Virus record (IMG/VR): IMGVR_UViG_3300028837_003734
Span: 1 to 64,000 of that record
From: a virus
Strand: one strand, 5' to 3'
Length of the DNA: 64,000 nt
Below, piece by piece: positions 1-9,289 of the stretch. Made by a program: the position numbers and the translations under genes. How positions within the stretch are numbered: the first letter of the stretch is position 1; every line of letters starts with the position of its first letter. Below the pieces are notes generated by a model. It did no database searches. It was not told where the DNA came from and was given only the letters and a program-made list of their open reading frames with translations.

Positions 1-39
1 TTTTTTAAAAAAATAGAGTGTTTAGATAGGTATATCTTT

Positions 40-227
40 ACTTTACATAAGTACCGTTATTAACGCAATATTCGATGAAATATTTTATGTAACCTTTATT
101 TTATAAAATAAATAGTTTACTTTACATAAGATATATTATAGGACTACTCATATGATGTATTATGTAATGAATTAGAAGGCAGAATACCTTAGATAATTTA
201 CTTTACATAAAATATGTATATGACCTG
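40..227. other. Cluster of five Xer/dif-like 28-bp sites (11-6-11 layout)
   Basis: TTATGTAA(AGT) arms at 40-50(-), 85-95(+), 119-129(-), 160-170(+), 200-210(-). Site 119-146 on the minus strand reads TAGTCCTATAA-TATATC-TTATGTAAAGT, close to B. subtilis dif (ACTTCCTAGAA-TATATA-TTATGTAAACT). Confidence 0.6.
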
Positions 228-264
228 TCATCTGACACCTTAAAAAAGCCAATAACCTAAGAAT

Positions 265-342
265 AATAACGATCAGATAACCTAAACACTTCTCTAAAAA
301 AAGAGAAGTATTTAGGTGTTTATCTGGTCGTTATTTTTTTTT
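265..342 (+). terminator. Long imperfect hairpin followed by T-run
   Basis: aataacgatcagataacctaaacacttctct (265-295) pairs with agagaagtatttaggtgtttatctggtcgttatt (302-335), then poly-T. Confidence 0.55.
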
Positions 343-370
343 AGAAGAAAAAATAAGGAACTATATATTT

Positions 371-562
371 ATGAAATATAAAACACCTCTACAAGCAATA
401 AAACAATTCTGTTTTGAATGCTCAGGGAATAGTTATAAGGAACGGGAATCATGCGATATAACAGATTGCCCCCTGCATCCCTTTCGACTGGGTAAAAGAC
501 CAAAACAACCGGAAAGGAAAATTAGAAAACCATCGAAAAAATCAAAAATAAGACAATCCTGA
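371..562 (+). CDS. Small phage protein, Cys/His putative Zn-binding (CFEC..C....CPLH)
   Basis: ORF track; Cys pattern; RBS-like aagga. Confidence 0.6.
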   Translation: MKYKTPLQAIKQFCFECSGNSYKERESCDITDCPLHPFRLGKRPKQPERKIRKPSKKSKIRQS

Positions 563-650
563 CCATCGTAATTGAAAGAATTTGAGCTGATTGATACATT
601 CATACCAGAACTTTAATTGAAAAAATAAAAGGGCTGTTTTTTAGGAAAAT

Positions 651-896
651 ATGACCAAAAAAATAGACGAAACCCAATTAATCAAAGACTTTCATGAAGG
701 CAAGCTTTATGCAGAAATTGCCCTTAAGCATAAATGCAAGATAGGGACTATAGCCTATCGGTTAAGAAAGCTAGGTTTGAAAAGAAATAAGCAAGGCTGG
801 GAGCTCTTTTCAGCAGAAGAAAAAGATTTTTTGAGAGGTCTAATGGATACTTACCGGGGCAGGAAACAACTGCTTGATATCTTAACAGACAAATAA
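651..896 (+). CDS. Small HTH DNA-binding protein
   Basis: YAEIALKHKCKIGTIAYRLRKLGL helix-turn-helix pattern. Confidence 0.55.
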   Translation: MTKKIDETQLIKDFHEGKLYAEIALKHKCKIGTIAYRLRKLGLKRNKQGWELFSAEEKDFLRGLMDTYRGRKQLLDILTDK

Positions 897-920
897 TAGA
901 AGAAAGAGAGAGAAGAACAG

Positions 921-1313
921 ATGGAAATAAACATTACCGGAGTAAATTTAATTGAATTTGTTAAAGAGGTATATGGGCTATCAGTTCCGGCAGGTTTGGG
1001 CTGGCTACATTTTACCGAAGGTGAGCTGACTGATGAAGAGGCAAAGGAAATATTAGATGTATGGAAAAATGATAAACAATTTGCCTTAGATATGGATTAC
1101 ATCAAAGGCCGGGCCTGCAAGATGACCGCATTTAGAAAAGAGAATAAATTGTATATTCGTTCTCCCTGGCATGATCATACGGATATACAACTAAAAAAAC
1201 TCTTAAAGGCGGTCTGGCCAGAAGATAAACCATTTCCAGAATTAAAAGCAGAGGAGCATGGTATCGGCTGCAATTGTATGCACTGTCAGAGCAAAAGGAG
1301 AACTAAAGCATGA
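921..1313 (+). CDS. Hypothetical phage protein
   Basis: ORF track; ATGA overlap with next gene. Confidence 0.65.
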   Translation: MEINITGVNLIEFVKEVYGLSVPAGLGWLHFTEGELTDEEAKEILDVWKNDKQFALDMDYIKGRACKMTAFRKENKLYIRSPWHDHTDIQLKKLLKAVWPEDKPFPELKAEEHGIGCNCMHCQSKRRTKA

Positions 1314-1876
1314 AAAAAGAGAGGGGTAAATTCTGCAGGGATTTGATAGTGAGTCTAGTAAAATTTTGTCAGCACTTTATAAATAAATACTTTAAAAAAG
1401 AGAAAAGTGAATTCGGCAGAGGTCTGGTAGTTTGCCTGGCTAAATTCTATCAGCACTTTTCTCCAGAATATTTAAAAGAAATAAATATTTGCAAAGAAGC
1501 ACTTTCTTCCTATTATGGCAATGAAGAAAAAGCTCTGAACCAGGGAATCACTTTATGGGCTAATGGCGCCTCGGATCACCTCTACGAAATAGAAGCACCA
1601 GAAGGAAAAGAATGGAATGAGGTAAGAGAGAAAGTAAAAATATTACAAGATTCAGGCTTGGAGATGGGCCATGGGATAGCCTGCTATACAAGGGGTACTA
1701 TCTATGCTTTAAAAGATGTTGAAAGGCTCCGGGAGCTAACTGAAGAGATATTAATGGCAGTGAATAATAAACTGAAATTAAATTTTCACTTTGCAGAATC
1801 GCAGGAGCTGGATATAAAAATGTTAATAAAAATAGACAATAAGCTAGGGTTAAAACCCGACTGGGGTGAGTGGTAG
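1310..1876 (+). CDS. Hypothetical phage protein
   Basis: ORF track; internal N-terminal duplication (KFCRDLIVSLVKF / EFGRGLVVCLAKF). Confidence 0.65.
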   Translation: MKKERGKFCRDLIVSLVKFCQHFINKYFKKEKSEFGRGLVVCLAKFYQHFSPEYLKEINICKEALSSYYGNEEKALNQGITLWANGASDHLYEIEAPEGKEWNEVREKVKILQDSGLEMGHGIACYTRGTIYALKDVERLRELTEEILMAVNNKLKLNFHFAESQELDIKMLIKIDNKLGLKPDWGEW

Positions 1877-2231
1877 GAAGTCTCTTTTTTTGCCGATAAT
1901 CAATGTAACGCTTTATTTATAAGGGTTTCAGTGATTATATCCGATTCGACCAGAGCGTCCACAAGGCATTTTTTGGGATGATTTTTCGCTGAATCGATGA
2001 AAGCCTTTGTTTATAAGGGTTTCATCGTTTTTTTGCCGATGCACCACGAGCGCCCACACGGCATTATTTGAAAGGGGCTGGTAGGGTTGGCTAGGAAGGG
2101 GCAAAAGAGGGGGCTTAAAAGCGAAATTTGAAGGCCAAAATTTTCCCGGATGGCTTAAATAAGAGAAAACTAACAAAATGATAAAATATTTGGAGAATAT
2201 TGATAAATATGAGTATTTTTCGATAAAACAC

Positions 2232-2261
2232 TTGACAAATGACTATGCAAACGCTTATAAT
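2232..2261 (+). promoter_or_regulatory. sigma70-type promoter
   Basis: TTGACA-18 nt-TATAAT. Confidence 0.55.
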
Positions 2262-2324
2262 GTAGTCAGGAATAAGGAAATCCTGAACTGGCAAAATTTA
2301 ATCTTAAAAATAGGTGGTAAATGT

Positions 2325-2549
2325 ATGAAAATGACAGAAGAGACAGAGCAGATGCTAGTGAAAAAGATAACCGAAATTTTTGAAGGACTTCCCGAGCAAG
2401 CCGGACGGGTTCACGGTAACATCTCCATCACGATTGAAGGAGATATCATTATAAGTTTTGATGATCCAGTAAAACGGGAATTAATCAGATTATTCAAGAA
2501 ACAATATATTTCACCACTGAAGCAGATTTCTAATTATAATAAGGTCTGA
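2325..2549 (+). CDS. Hypothetical protein (start moved from 2178 to ATG 2325)
   Basis: aggtggt RBS upstream of 2325; promoter lies inside the longer ORF. Confidence 0.5.
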   Translation: MKMTEETEQMLVKKITEIFEGLPEQAGRVHGNISITIEGDIIISFDDPVKRELIRLFKKQYISPLKQISNYNKV

Positions 2550-2582
2550 TATTTAACTTAATCAGAAAGGGGGTGGAGCAAA

Positions 2583-2786
2583 TTGGCAAGGGCTAAAGAA
2601 CCACAAAAGTTTATCGATAAATTTGCGAAAAAAGCCTTCGGTAGATCCCCGGCCAAGGCCGAAGAAAAACAAGTCTGTGTTTCTGTGGCAAAGAAATCAA
2701 AATGTCTGACTTCAGGGATGAGTTATCTGAGAGAGAGTATAAAATCTCGGGCATTTGTCAAAAAGTGCCAGGATAAAACTTTTTAG
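2583..2786 (+). pseudogene. Small Zn-finger protein with two compensating frameshifts
   Basis: Alternative frame restores CV(F)CGKEIKMSDFRDELSEREYKISGICQKCQDKTF; indels in homopolymers near 2680 and 2762. Confidence 0.5.
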
Positions 2787-2798
2787 AAAATATAAAAT

Positions 2799-2870
2799 AA
2801 GGAGGAAATCTTAATGGATAATAATAAAAAAAAATTCGATATTAGTAGGTATAGTGAGATTAAAGATGTA
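2799..2870 (+). repeat. Duplicate of the RBS and 5' end of the gene at 3431
   Basis: aaaaaattcgatattagtaggtatagtgagattaaagatgta occurs here and at about 3446-3488. Confidence 0.85.
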
Positions 2871-2951
2871 GATGTGAATGTGGCCAAGATTTAGATGTTA
2901 TGACTATAGGTGGTATAAGAATAGTAAGAGACATTTTGGAGGAGGGATAAA

Positions 2952-3398
2952 ATGAATAATGATAAAGACTACAAGGAATCGATAAGTTCGCTACTAAAGA
3001 TAACTGATGATATTAGTTTTCAGATTAAGCGTTTAAGGCACGATAATCAAGAAATGACCGAAGAGAATGATAAAATGATTGATGGTCTCCAAAAGAAACT
3101 AATATTTACAGAAAATCAGCTCAAAGAGATCTTAACCAAGTCTGAAGAGAATGTGATCAAAGTTAAATGTGGTTGGACTCATTGGAAAATACTGAAGGAT
3201 AAAATCGTGTTTACTGATAAGACGATAGAAGAAGTCGAAACAAAATATCCTGCAGAATCAGACAGATATGTCAAGACAGAGAAGAGCCTAAAGTTAAAAC
3301 CACTCAAAAGAGACATCGAATCTGGCGAAATTGTGCTGATGGAAATGACCAGAGAGACTCAGGAAAGGAAATTTGAATATAAATATACAGGAGATTAA
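2952..3398 (+). CDS. Gam/siphovirus gp157-like coiled-coil protein
   Basis: Helical N-terminus and C-terminal YVKTEKSLKLKPLK segment; next to recombination gene. Confidence 0.45.
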   Translation: MNNDKDYKESISSLLKITDDISFQIKRLRHDNQEMTEENDKMIDGLQKKLIFTENQLKEILTKSEENVIKVKCGWTHWKILKDKIVFTDKTIEEVETKYPAESDRYVKTEKSLKLKPLKRDIESGEIVLMEMTRETQERKFEYKYTGD

Positions 3399-3430
3399 AA
3401 TTTAAAAAATTTTAAGGAGGTAATTCTTAA

Positions 3431-4867
3431 ATGAATAATAATAAGAAAAAATTCGATATTAGTAGGTATAGTGAGATTAAAGATGTAACCAGTGTAGTAA
3501 AGTTGCCCATGGCGGAGGAGAAAATTAGACTGGGAGAAATAAGGATATCACCTAGAACCGGTGAGGAATATCCAGTTGAGTTAGACTACTTCAAATGTCC
3601 AAAGGAAGTCAGAGAGGTATTCGGGGATGAGCCCACCGAAATTACCGTGTTCTTTCCGATAGCTGATCGAAAAATAGTTTTTCAACAATCTTATGAAAAA
3701 TATGGGAAGAATAAGGCCATGCTATGTTGGGGAGACGGGATTACCGCACAACGGAAAAATCTCGAAGATGGGAGTTGGGAAGATAGAAAATGTCCCTGTG
3801 AATATTTAGGAAAAAGTTGTGACAAAAGGGGGCATCTGCGTTTTATGATGCCTTCAGTCTCCATAGGAAAATTCTATGAATGCCAAGTTGGGGGGACGGT
3901 TTCTTTCCAAGAACTAAATAGTGCTTTTTTTCTCGCTGAAAGAACCACTGGAGGCTACTGGGCTATGGTCCCCTTTAAGATGCGAAGGGTACAAAAAAGA
4001 TTGAAGATACCGGGAACAGCTAAAATGAAAACACATTGGGTGGTAACTTTAGAGCTTATGGCTACTTTAGAAGAAGTCAAGAGGGTTGCTGCCGGGGAAA
4101 TATTATATCTGGGCCAACGTAGAAAATATGAGCTCGAAATCCCCGATCTATCAGAACAAAAAGACGAAAGTAGAAAAGTTTATACCCAGGAGGAGCTGGA
4201 AAAAGAAGAACGAAAAGAAGCAGAGGCAAGGGGGATAACTGTGGAGGAATTAAGAGAATCAAAAGAAATAGAGGAGGCAGCAACAGAACGAACAGAGAGA
4301 GAGAACTCCAAAAAAGATTTTGAGGAATCAAAAGAACGTGAGGCCAAGTTACAGGAGGAGGTGGCTAAAGGTAAGCATAAAGTCAAATCATACCAGGAGA
4401 GTAAGACCATCTTCCAAAATAAAAAAGAAGAGGAGGCTCAAGTTATCGAAGGGGTGCTGAAAAAGGCCTCTGAGGTCGGTCTTAAAAATTGGGGACAGAT
4501 TATAAATTTTACCATAAAGAAGGGGTTACTACAGACTACACTTTCAGAAACCTCGTTCAAGAAGGTCTTGACCACCAATAAGGATATATATAATCGCTTA
4601 ATGAAGGCCCTGGAACCAACAGAGTCTGAGGAAGAGAAAGTGAAGTTAGATAAGATATTTAAGATCTTTAAAAAAGCAGGGATGTCTACCTGGAAAGAGA
4701 TAGCTTGGATTGCCTGTAAAGCGGATTTAAAAGAACCAGGAAGCCCGGTTGAAGAACTGCAACGAACCTTACTCGATAATCCGGAAGCGGTGGAAAAAAT
4801 AATAGAGATGGCAAAAATCGAAGAAAAAGAAGAGCAGGAAATTGCCGACGAGGATATACCGGAGTAA
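3431..4867 (+). CDS. Phage recombination protein (Gp3-like/recombination-directionality-factor-like N domain) with acidic coiled-coil tail
   Basis: IRLG..PVELDYF, CWGDG, CPC..C motifs; acidic DEDIPE C-terminus. Confidence 0.5.
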   Translation: MNNNKKKFDISRYSEIKDVTSVVKLPMAEEKIRLGEIRISPRTGEEYPVELDYFKCPKEVREVFGDEPTEITVFFPIADRKIVFQQSYEKYGKNKAMLCWGDGITAQRKNLEDGSWEDRKCPCEYLGKSCDKRGHLRFMMPSVSIGKFYECQVGGTVSFQELNSAFFLAERTTGGYWAMVPFKMRRVQKRLKIPGTAKMKTHWVVTLELMATLEEVKRVAAGEILYLGQRRKYELEIPDLSEQKDESRKVYTQEELEKEERKEAEARGITVEELRESKEIEEAATERTERENSKKDFEESKEREAKLQEEVAKGKHKVKSYQESKTIFQNKKEEEAQVIEGVLKKASEVGLKNWGQIINFTIKKGLLQTTLSETSFKKVLTTNKDIYNRLMKALEPTESEEEKVKLDKIFKIFKKAGMSTWKEIAWIACKADLKEPGSPVEELQRTLLDNPEAVEKIIEMAKIEEKEEQEIADEDIPE

Positions 4868-4874
4868 TAAGGCA

Positions 4875-4902
4875 TTAGCCTGTAGGATATATTATGTAAA
4901 GT
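4875..4902 (+). other. Additional dif-like site
   Basis: TTAGCCTGTAG-GATATA-TTATGTAAAGT. Confidence 0.45.
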
Positions 4903-5048
4903 AAATTAAATTGCCTATCCTGTGGTGTTATATTTAATCTTTAGTGATTAATATTAATGCCAGGTTTGGACTACGGTGCAGTAGGTGTGGAGAAGGTCGC
5001 AGGGTGGGGGTAGCCCTGCCGGGGTAGGCATGCCTTGGAGGTGAAGAA

Positions 5049-5432
5049 ATGGGAATGACACAAATTAAAATTAGAGAGCGAGAAAAAAAGATATTACAAC
5101 TGAGAGCCGATCATACACTAGAAGAAATAGGTGAAATGTTCGGAGTAACTAGAGAAAGGATCCGTCAGATCGAAGCGAAGGCTTTAAGGAGAATCGCACT
5201 AAGCAAGAGGTTTAAAGGGGAGGGCCCAGTGACTGTGGAATCAGACATTGAAAGACTGGAACTATCCCTCAGAGCAGATAACTGCCTAAGGAAATCTGGT
5301 ATAAATACAGTAGGGGATATACTCGAAAGTGGCCTATTTAATCTATTGAAAATGAAGAATTTGGGGCGTAAATGCACACAGGAGATCAGAAACGCAATAC
5401 GACGTTGTGGATTCCGGGTATGGAACATTTAA
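5049..5432 (+). CDS. sigma70 region-4 HTH fused to RNA polymerase alpha C-terminal domain
   Basis: [25 protein letters not shown] (sigma r4.2) plus [31 protein letters not shown] (alpha-CTD). Confidence 0.8.
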   Translation: MGMTQIKIREREKKILQLRADHTLEEIGEMFGVTRERIRQIEAKALRRIALSKRFKGEGPVTVESDIERLELSLRADNCLRKSGINTVGDILESGLFNLLKMKNLGRKCTQEIRNAIRRCGFRVWNI

Positions 5433-5477
5433 AGCAATAAGGAAAAAATTTAAGTGAAAGATATTTGGAGGTAAAAA

Positions 5478-5723
5478 ATGAAAATAATCACCAGAGGCAA
5501 AAGAATATCTAAATATTCAAAGGTAAATGGCTTGATGACGGTGGATGTCACCAATGATATATTTTGGCTAAAATTGGATTTTGATTCCGGAAGCGGGCAG
5601 TGCATTGTGGAGCTTTCAGAATTTGAAGTTGCTCATATAATCAATGTAGGTTTAAAAGACGTTAAAATTGTTGCTGCCTGTAAGAGACAAGGACAAAGCT
5701 CTGTGGAGGATTTTTTAAAATGA
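5478..5723 (+). CDS. Hypothetical protein
   Basis: ORF with ggagg RBS. Confidence 0.65.
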   Translation: MKIITRGKRISKYSKVNGLMTVDVTNDIFWLKLDFDSGSGQCIVELSEFEVAHIINVGLKDVKIVAACKRQGQSSVEDFLK

Positions 5724-5880
5724 AAGACTACAATATAATTATAACTTCAGTAAAGAATAGTTTAAAATTCCATTCCGAAGACTATGTAATGGGATATATT
5801 TACGCTCTATTAGATTGGCGAGTGATAAGTTCAGAGACATTTGAAAGATTAAAAGATTTTATAAAAAAGAAGGAAAAAAA

Positions 5881-6117
5881 ATGAAAGATGAAGGATTAAA
5901 ACTCTTACTACCTAAATCTGATTTATGTCAAGAGTGTGCTACAAAACACCATCTAAATGAACCTCATAATAAGGATAGCCTCTATTATCAAATGCATTTT
6001 AAAATAAAGTATGGGCGATTTCCAAATTGGGAAGATGCAATGGCTCATTGTGATGAGAGAACAAAACAATTATGGAGAAAGGAACTTGTTAAATTGGAGG
6101 TAATCCCATCAGGGTAG
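5881..6117 (+). CDS. Hypothetical phage protein (CxxC..H..PH)
   Basis: ORF track; Cys/His motif. Confidence 0.65.
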   Translation: MKDEGLKLLLPKSDLCQECATKHHLNEPHNKDSLYYQMHFKIKYGRFPNWEDAMAHCDERTKQLWRKELVKLEVIPSG

Positions 6118-6137
6118 ACAAACAAAGAGGGAGTAAA

Positions 6138-6383
6138 ATGATGACAAATCAAGAAACAGTGCAGGAAAGATATAGAAGATGGTGGAAAGGGAAATACTGC
6201 AAGCTCAGACAGAATCCCGATGGCAAATTTAAATATGTACAGACGGTCGAATGGATTGGTCCACCGAGTGGCTTCTATGGCTCGGTACATCTTCATTATC
6301 TTGACGGAACGGGGGATAGGGTTATTGCCTTTGGTATATTCAGGCCAAGAAAAAGCGATGTGATAGTAGAAGGAGAGAAATAG
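6138..6383 (+). CDS. Hypothetical protein, paralog of the C-terminal part of 12004-12711
   Basis: ETVQERYRRWWKGKYCKL..IGPPSG.YG...LHYLDGT shared. Confidence 0.7.
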   Translation: MMTNQETVQERYRRWWKGKYCKLRQNPDGKFKYVQTVEWIGPPSGFYGSVHLHYLDGTGDRVIAFGIFRPRKSDVIVEGEK

Positions 6384-6388
6384 ATAAA

Positions 6389-6793
6389 GTGAAAGACGTT
6401 TGGGAAGAAAAGAAAAAAAGAGAAGAAAAGGAAGCGATATTGAGAGGAATGAGTAGAGCTGGAAAGCACTGGGGTAGGATGGGAGCGTATAAACGTCGAG
6501 AAGGATTTCATCCTTTAGGATTGAAGAAGGCAAATAGATGGTTTATTGAAGGAAAGCTATTTTTTGATGATGTAGAAGAAAATAACAAAAGGAAAGCTCA
6601 TTGTAAAGTATGTGGTAAGGCGCTGATGAAAGAAGAGGGATATCGCATGCTTATTTATGCGTCTAACTGGTATAACTTATCCTTTTATTTTGGATGTGAA
6701 GAATGCAAGCATAAATTAGAGATCACCAGCTTTACGGAATCGGATCTCATCAAGATAGGAAATAAAAAAAAGAAGGGGGGAAGAAGAAAATGA
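6389..6793 (+). CDS. Hypothetical Zn-ribbon protein
   Basis: CKVC and CEEC pairs. Confidence 0.55.
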   Translation: MKDVWEEKKKREEKEAILRGMSRAGKHWGRMGAYKRREGFHPLGLKKANRWFIEGKLFFDDVEENNKRKAHCKVCGKALMKEEGYRMLIYASNWYNLSFYFGCEECKHKLEITSFTESDLIKIGNKKKKGGRRK

Positions 6794-7122
6794 AACCTGA
6801 AGAATTTATTAAATTAATGTATGAAAGGACACAAGGACTTCAGAGGAGTAAAGGCCAAAAAGAGGCTGACGAAATTCTAAACAAAATATCACGAAACTTA
6901 TATTCAGATGTACAACATGGTGCACTCCGCAGGTTAACAGTACGTAGCTTAAAAGAAATACTTAGAACCCTTCCCGAGAATCCTACCGAAGAGGATATCA
7001 ATACAACAACTAAGTTTATCGAATCTATAATTCTAACGGTCATATCCTGCATTTTGGGTGAAGGAGAAATATTAACTATAACTCCAGCTAAGGATACGAA
7101 TAAGAAGCAATCTGGAGATTAA
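6790..7122 (+). CDS. Hypothetical protein
   Basis: ORF track, overlapping start/stop. Confidence 0.6.
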   Translation: MKPEEFIKLMYERTQGLQRSKGQKEADEILNKISRNLYSDVQHGALRRLTVRSLKEILRTLPENPTEEDINTTTKFIESIILTVISCILGEGEILTITPAKDTNKKQSGD

Positions 7123-7126
7123 AAAA

Positions 7127-7387
7127 ATGAATAATTACGTGCAATTAAATAGTCTCCTGGATAGTGAGATGGGCACTATGATAGCTGTGATTTGTTTTAT
7201 CGCATTAATTTTCGCTATGGGGTTCTTCCTGGGGAGGATTATGAGGATAAAAAAATTAGAGGATAGATGGGATAAGATACTTGCGGAATATCAGAAAGCT
7301 ATCAATGAGATTTTAGAAAAGGCAGGAATATCTAAAGAGATAAGTTTAAAAAGGGGGACAATAAACCTTGAAGAAGGAAGCATTTGA
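7127..7387 (+). CDS. Small membrane protein
   Basis: One hydrophobic segment (IAVICFIALIFAMGFFLG). Confidence 0.55.
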   Translation: MNNYVQLNSLLDSEMGTMIAVICFIALIFAMGFFLGRIMRIKKLEDRWDKILAEYQKAINEILEKAGISKEISLKRGTINLEEGSI

Positions 7388-7469
7388 ATTCTCAAATATT
7401 TTTTCACCAATCGCCGAGGATTTTGAAGCACGAAAAAATAGGATTGGAGAAAAGAAAGGAGGAAAAGAT

Positions 7470-8012
7470 ATGGCTTTCAATGAGGAGTATCACTTAGAAG
7501 GACGCCCAGAATGGATAAATGACCTTTATCTTGAGTTGGATAAATATATTATATCTCTGAAGCCTGGAATTAGAAAGGGGTATCTGCAAACCTACATCAA
7601 GTATAGTTTTTCGGGATTACTATTTACTTACATACAAATCCGGAAAGGAGAAATTTTAAAAATCTGGGCTAAAATTCCCTATTCAAGTTTGGAGGGCCCC
7701 GTTCCACTGTTTGTCCGTGATTACGAAGCTACTTCACGACGGCCTGGGGTGATGATAACCTTCGATGACCAAAGAGATTATCTCTCGGAGAAGTCAGCAA
7801 TGCTTTCTACCACCTTTGAGATACTGGAAAGTGCATTTAAAAGTCTAACTGGCAAAAGGGTCACTAAACCGAAAGAACCAATGGTAGTATTCAAAACATC
7901 ATCAGTAAACTTGTCTGTGGATAATGACGGCTATATCGAAGTCAATTTCAAAATCCATAAAAACCAGAAGGGATTATTGGAGAAAATCCTGCAAGATACC
8001 ATCTACAGATAG
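7470..8012 (+). CDS. Hypothetical protein, DUF5655-like
   Basis: aggagg RBS before ATG 7470; LY..L...I......YIKY pattern. Confidence 0.45.
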   Translation: MAFNEEYHLEGRPEWINDLYLELDKYIISLKPGIRKGYLQTYIKYSFSGLLFTYIQIRKGEILKIWAKIPYSSLEGPVPLFVRDYEATSRRPGVMITFDDQRDYLSEKSAMLSTTFEILESAFKSLTGKRVTKPKEPMVVFKTSSVNLSVDNDGYIEVNFKIHKNQKGLLEKILQDTIYR

Positions 8013-8055
8013 GGATGAAAAAGAGTAAAAAAATAATTTTAGGAGGTGAAATTAG

Positions 8056-9285
8056 ATGAAATTTCTTCATATAGCTGATGTTCATTTAGGTATGGAAAAT
8101 TATGGGCGGGTGGATCCCTCTACCGGACTGCACACCCGATTAAAAGATTTTATAAAATGTTTTAGTTTTGCTATCGATATTGCCCTGGATGAAAAAGTGG
8201 ATTTAGTGATATTCACCGGTGATGCCTATAAAAATAGCAATCCCAATCCTACCCATCAACGTGAATTTGCCCAGCAGGCCTACCGACTAAGTAAAGCCCA
8301 GATTCCAGTAGTAATGATAAATGGGAATCACGATAATCCGGTATCTTTTGGTAAAGCTACCTCTTTGGATATCTTCGATACTTTAAACGTCTCCGGGATA
8401 AGGATAGTAACCGCACCCGAGTTATTAGATATTGAAACTAAAGGGGGACCGGTTCAAGTTTTTGGTCTGCCCTGGCCCACCAAGAATCTATTTCTTAGCA
8501 AGGAAGAATATAGGGGTTTTACTGATGAGGAAATTACTAAGGAGATTCAGAAAAGGGCGGGTAAAAAGATTAAGAAATATGCCCTGATGATGAAGCCGGG
8601 TATTCCCGCGATTTTTGCTGCTCACCTGGCTGCTGCAGAAGCAACTTATTCCGGTTCAGAGAGGTCGGCAATAATAGGGAGGGATCCGGTATTTTCCACT
8701 CAGGTATTGGCTCAAAAAGAATTTGATTATGTAGCTTTGGGACATATCCATAAATTTCAGGATTTAAATCTTAACAATCACCCTCCGGTAGTCTATCCGG
8801 GGAGTATCGAAAGAATAAATTTTGGTGAAGAGAAGGATGACAAAGGAGTCTGTTTGGTAAATATAGAAAAAGGCCAGACTTCTTATGAATTTATTCCGGT
8901 CCCCGCCAGAAAGTTCGTTACTATAGACGTTACTATTCCCCAAGGGCAAGACCCTACCGATACTTTAATTAAGGAGATCGAAAAGTGTGACTTAGCTGAA
9001 GCAGTAGCAAGAATATTTTATACCCTGCCAGGAGAGAAAAAGAACTTACTGGATTTTAATAGAATAAATACTGCTTTAGAAGAGGCTTTCTTGATAACCA
9101 CCATTGCCGAAAAGACTAGACCTCTTGAGCGAGTTCAAAGGGTAGAAATTTCGGAGAACTTAGGGATGCTAGAAGCCATGGATAAATATATCCAGAATAA
9201 TCCTGATTTAGTTCCTTTGTCTGGCGAATTAAAAACTTACGCCCAGAAACTTGAGCGAGAATTAGAAGATACGGAAGGAGGATAA
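8056..9285 (+). CDS. sbcD: SbcD/Mre11 nuclease
   Basis: HIADVHLG, GD, GNHD, ALGHIH, YPGSIER metallophosphoesterase motifs. Confidence 0.93.
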   Translation: MKFLHIADVHLGMENYGRVDPSTGLHTRLKDFIKCFSFAIDIALDEKVDLVIFTGDAYKNSNPNPTHQREFAQQAYRLSKAQIPVVMINGNHDNPVSFGKATSLDIFDTLNVSGIRIVTAPELLDIETKGGPVQVFGLPWPTKNLFLSKEEYRGFTDEEITKEIQKRAGKKIKKYALMMKPGIPAIFAAHLAAAEATYSGSERSAIIGRDPVFSTQVLAQKEFDYVALGHIHKFQDLNLNNHPPVVYPGSIERINFGEEKDDKGVCLVNIEKGQTSYEFIPVPARKFVTIDVTIPQGQDPTDTLIKEIEKCDLAEAVARIFYTLPGEKKNLLDFNRINTALEEAFLITTIAEKTRPLERVQRVEISENLGMLEAMDKYIQNNPDLVPLSGELKTYAQKLERELEDTEGG

Positions 9286-9289
9286 AAGA

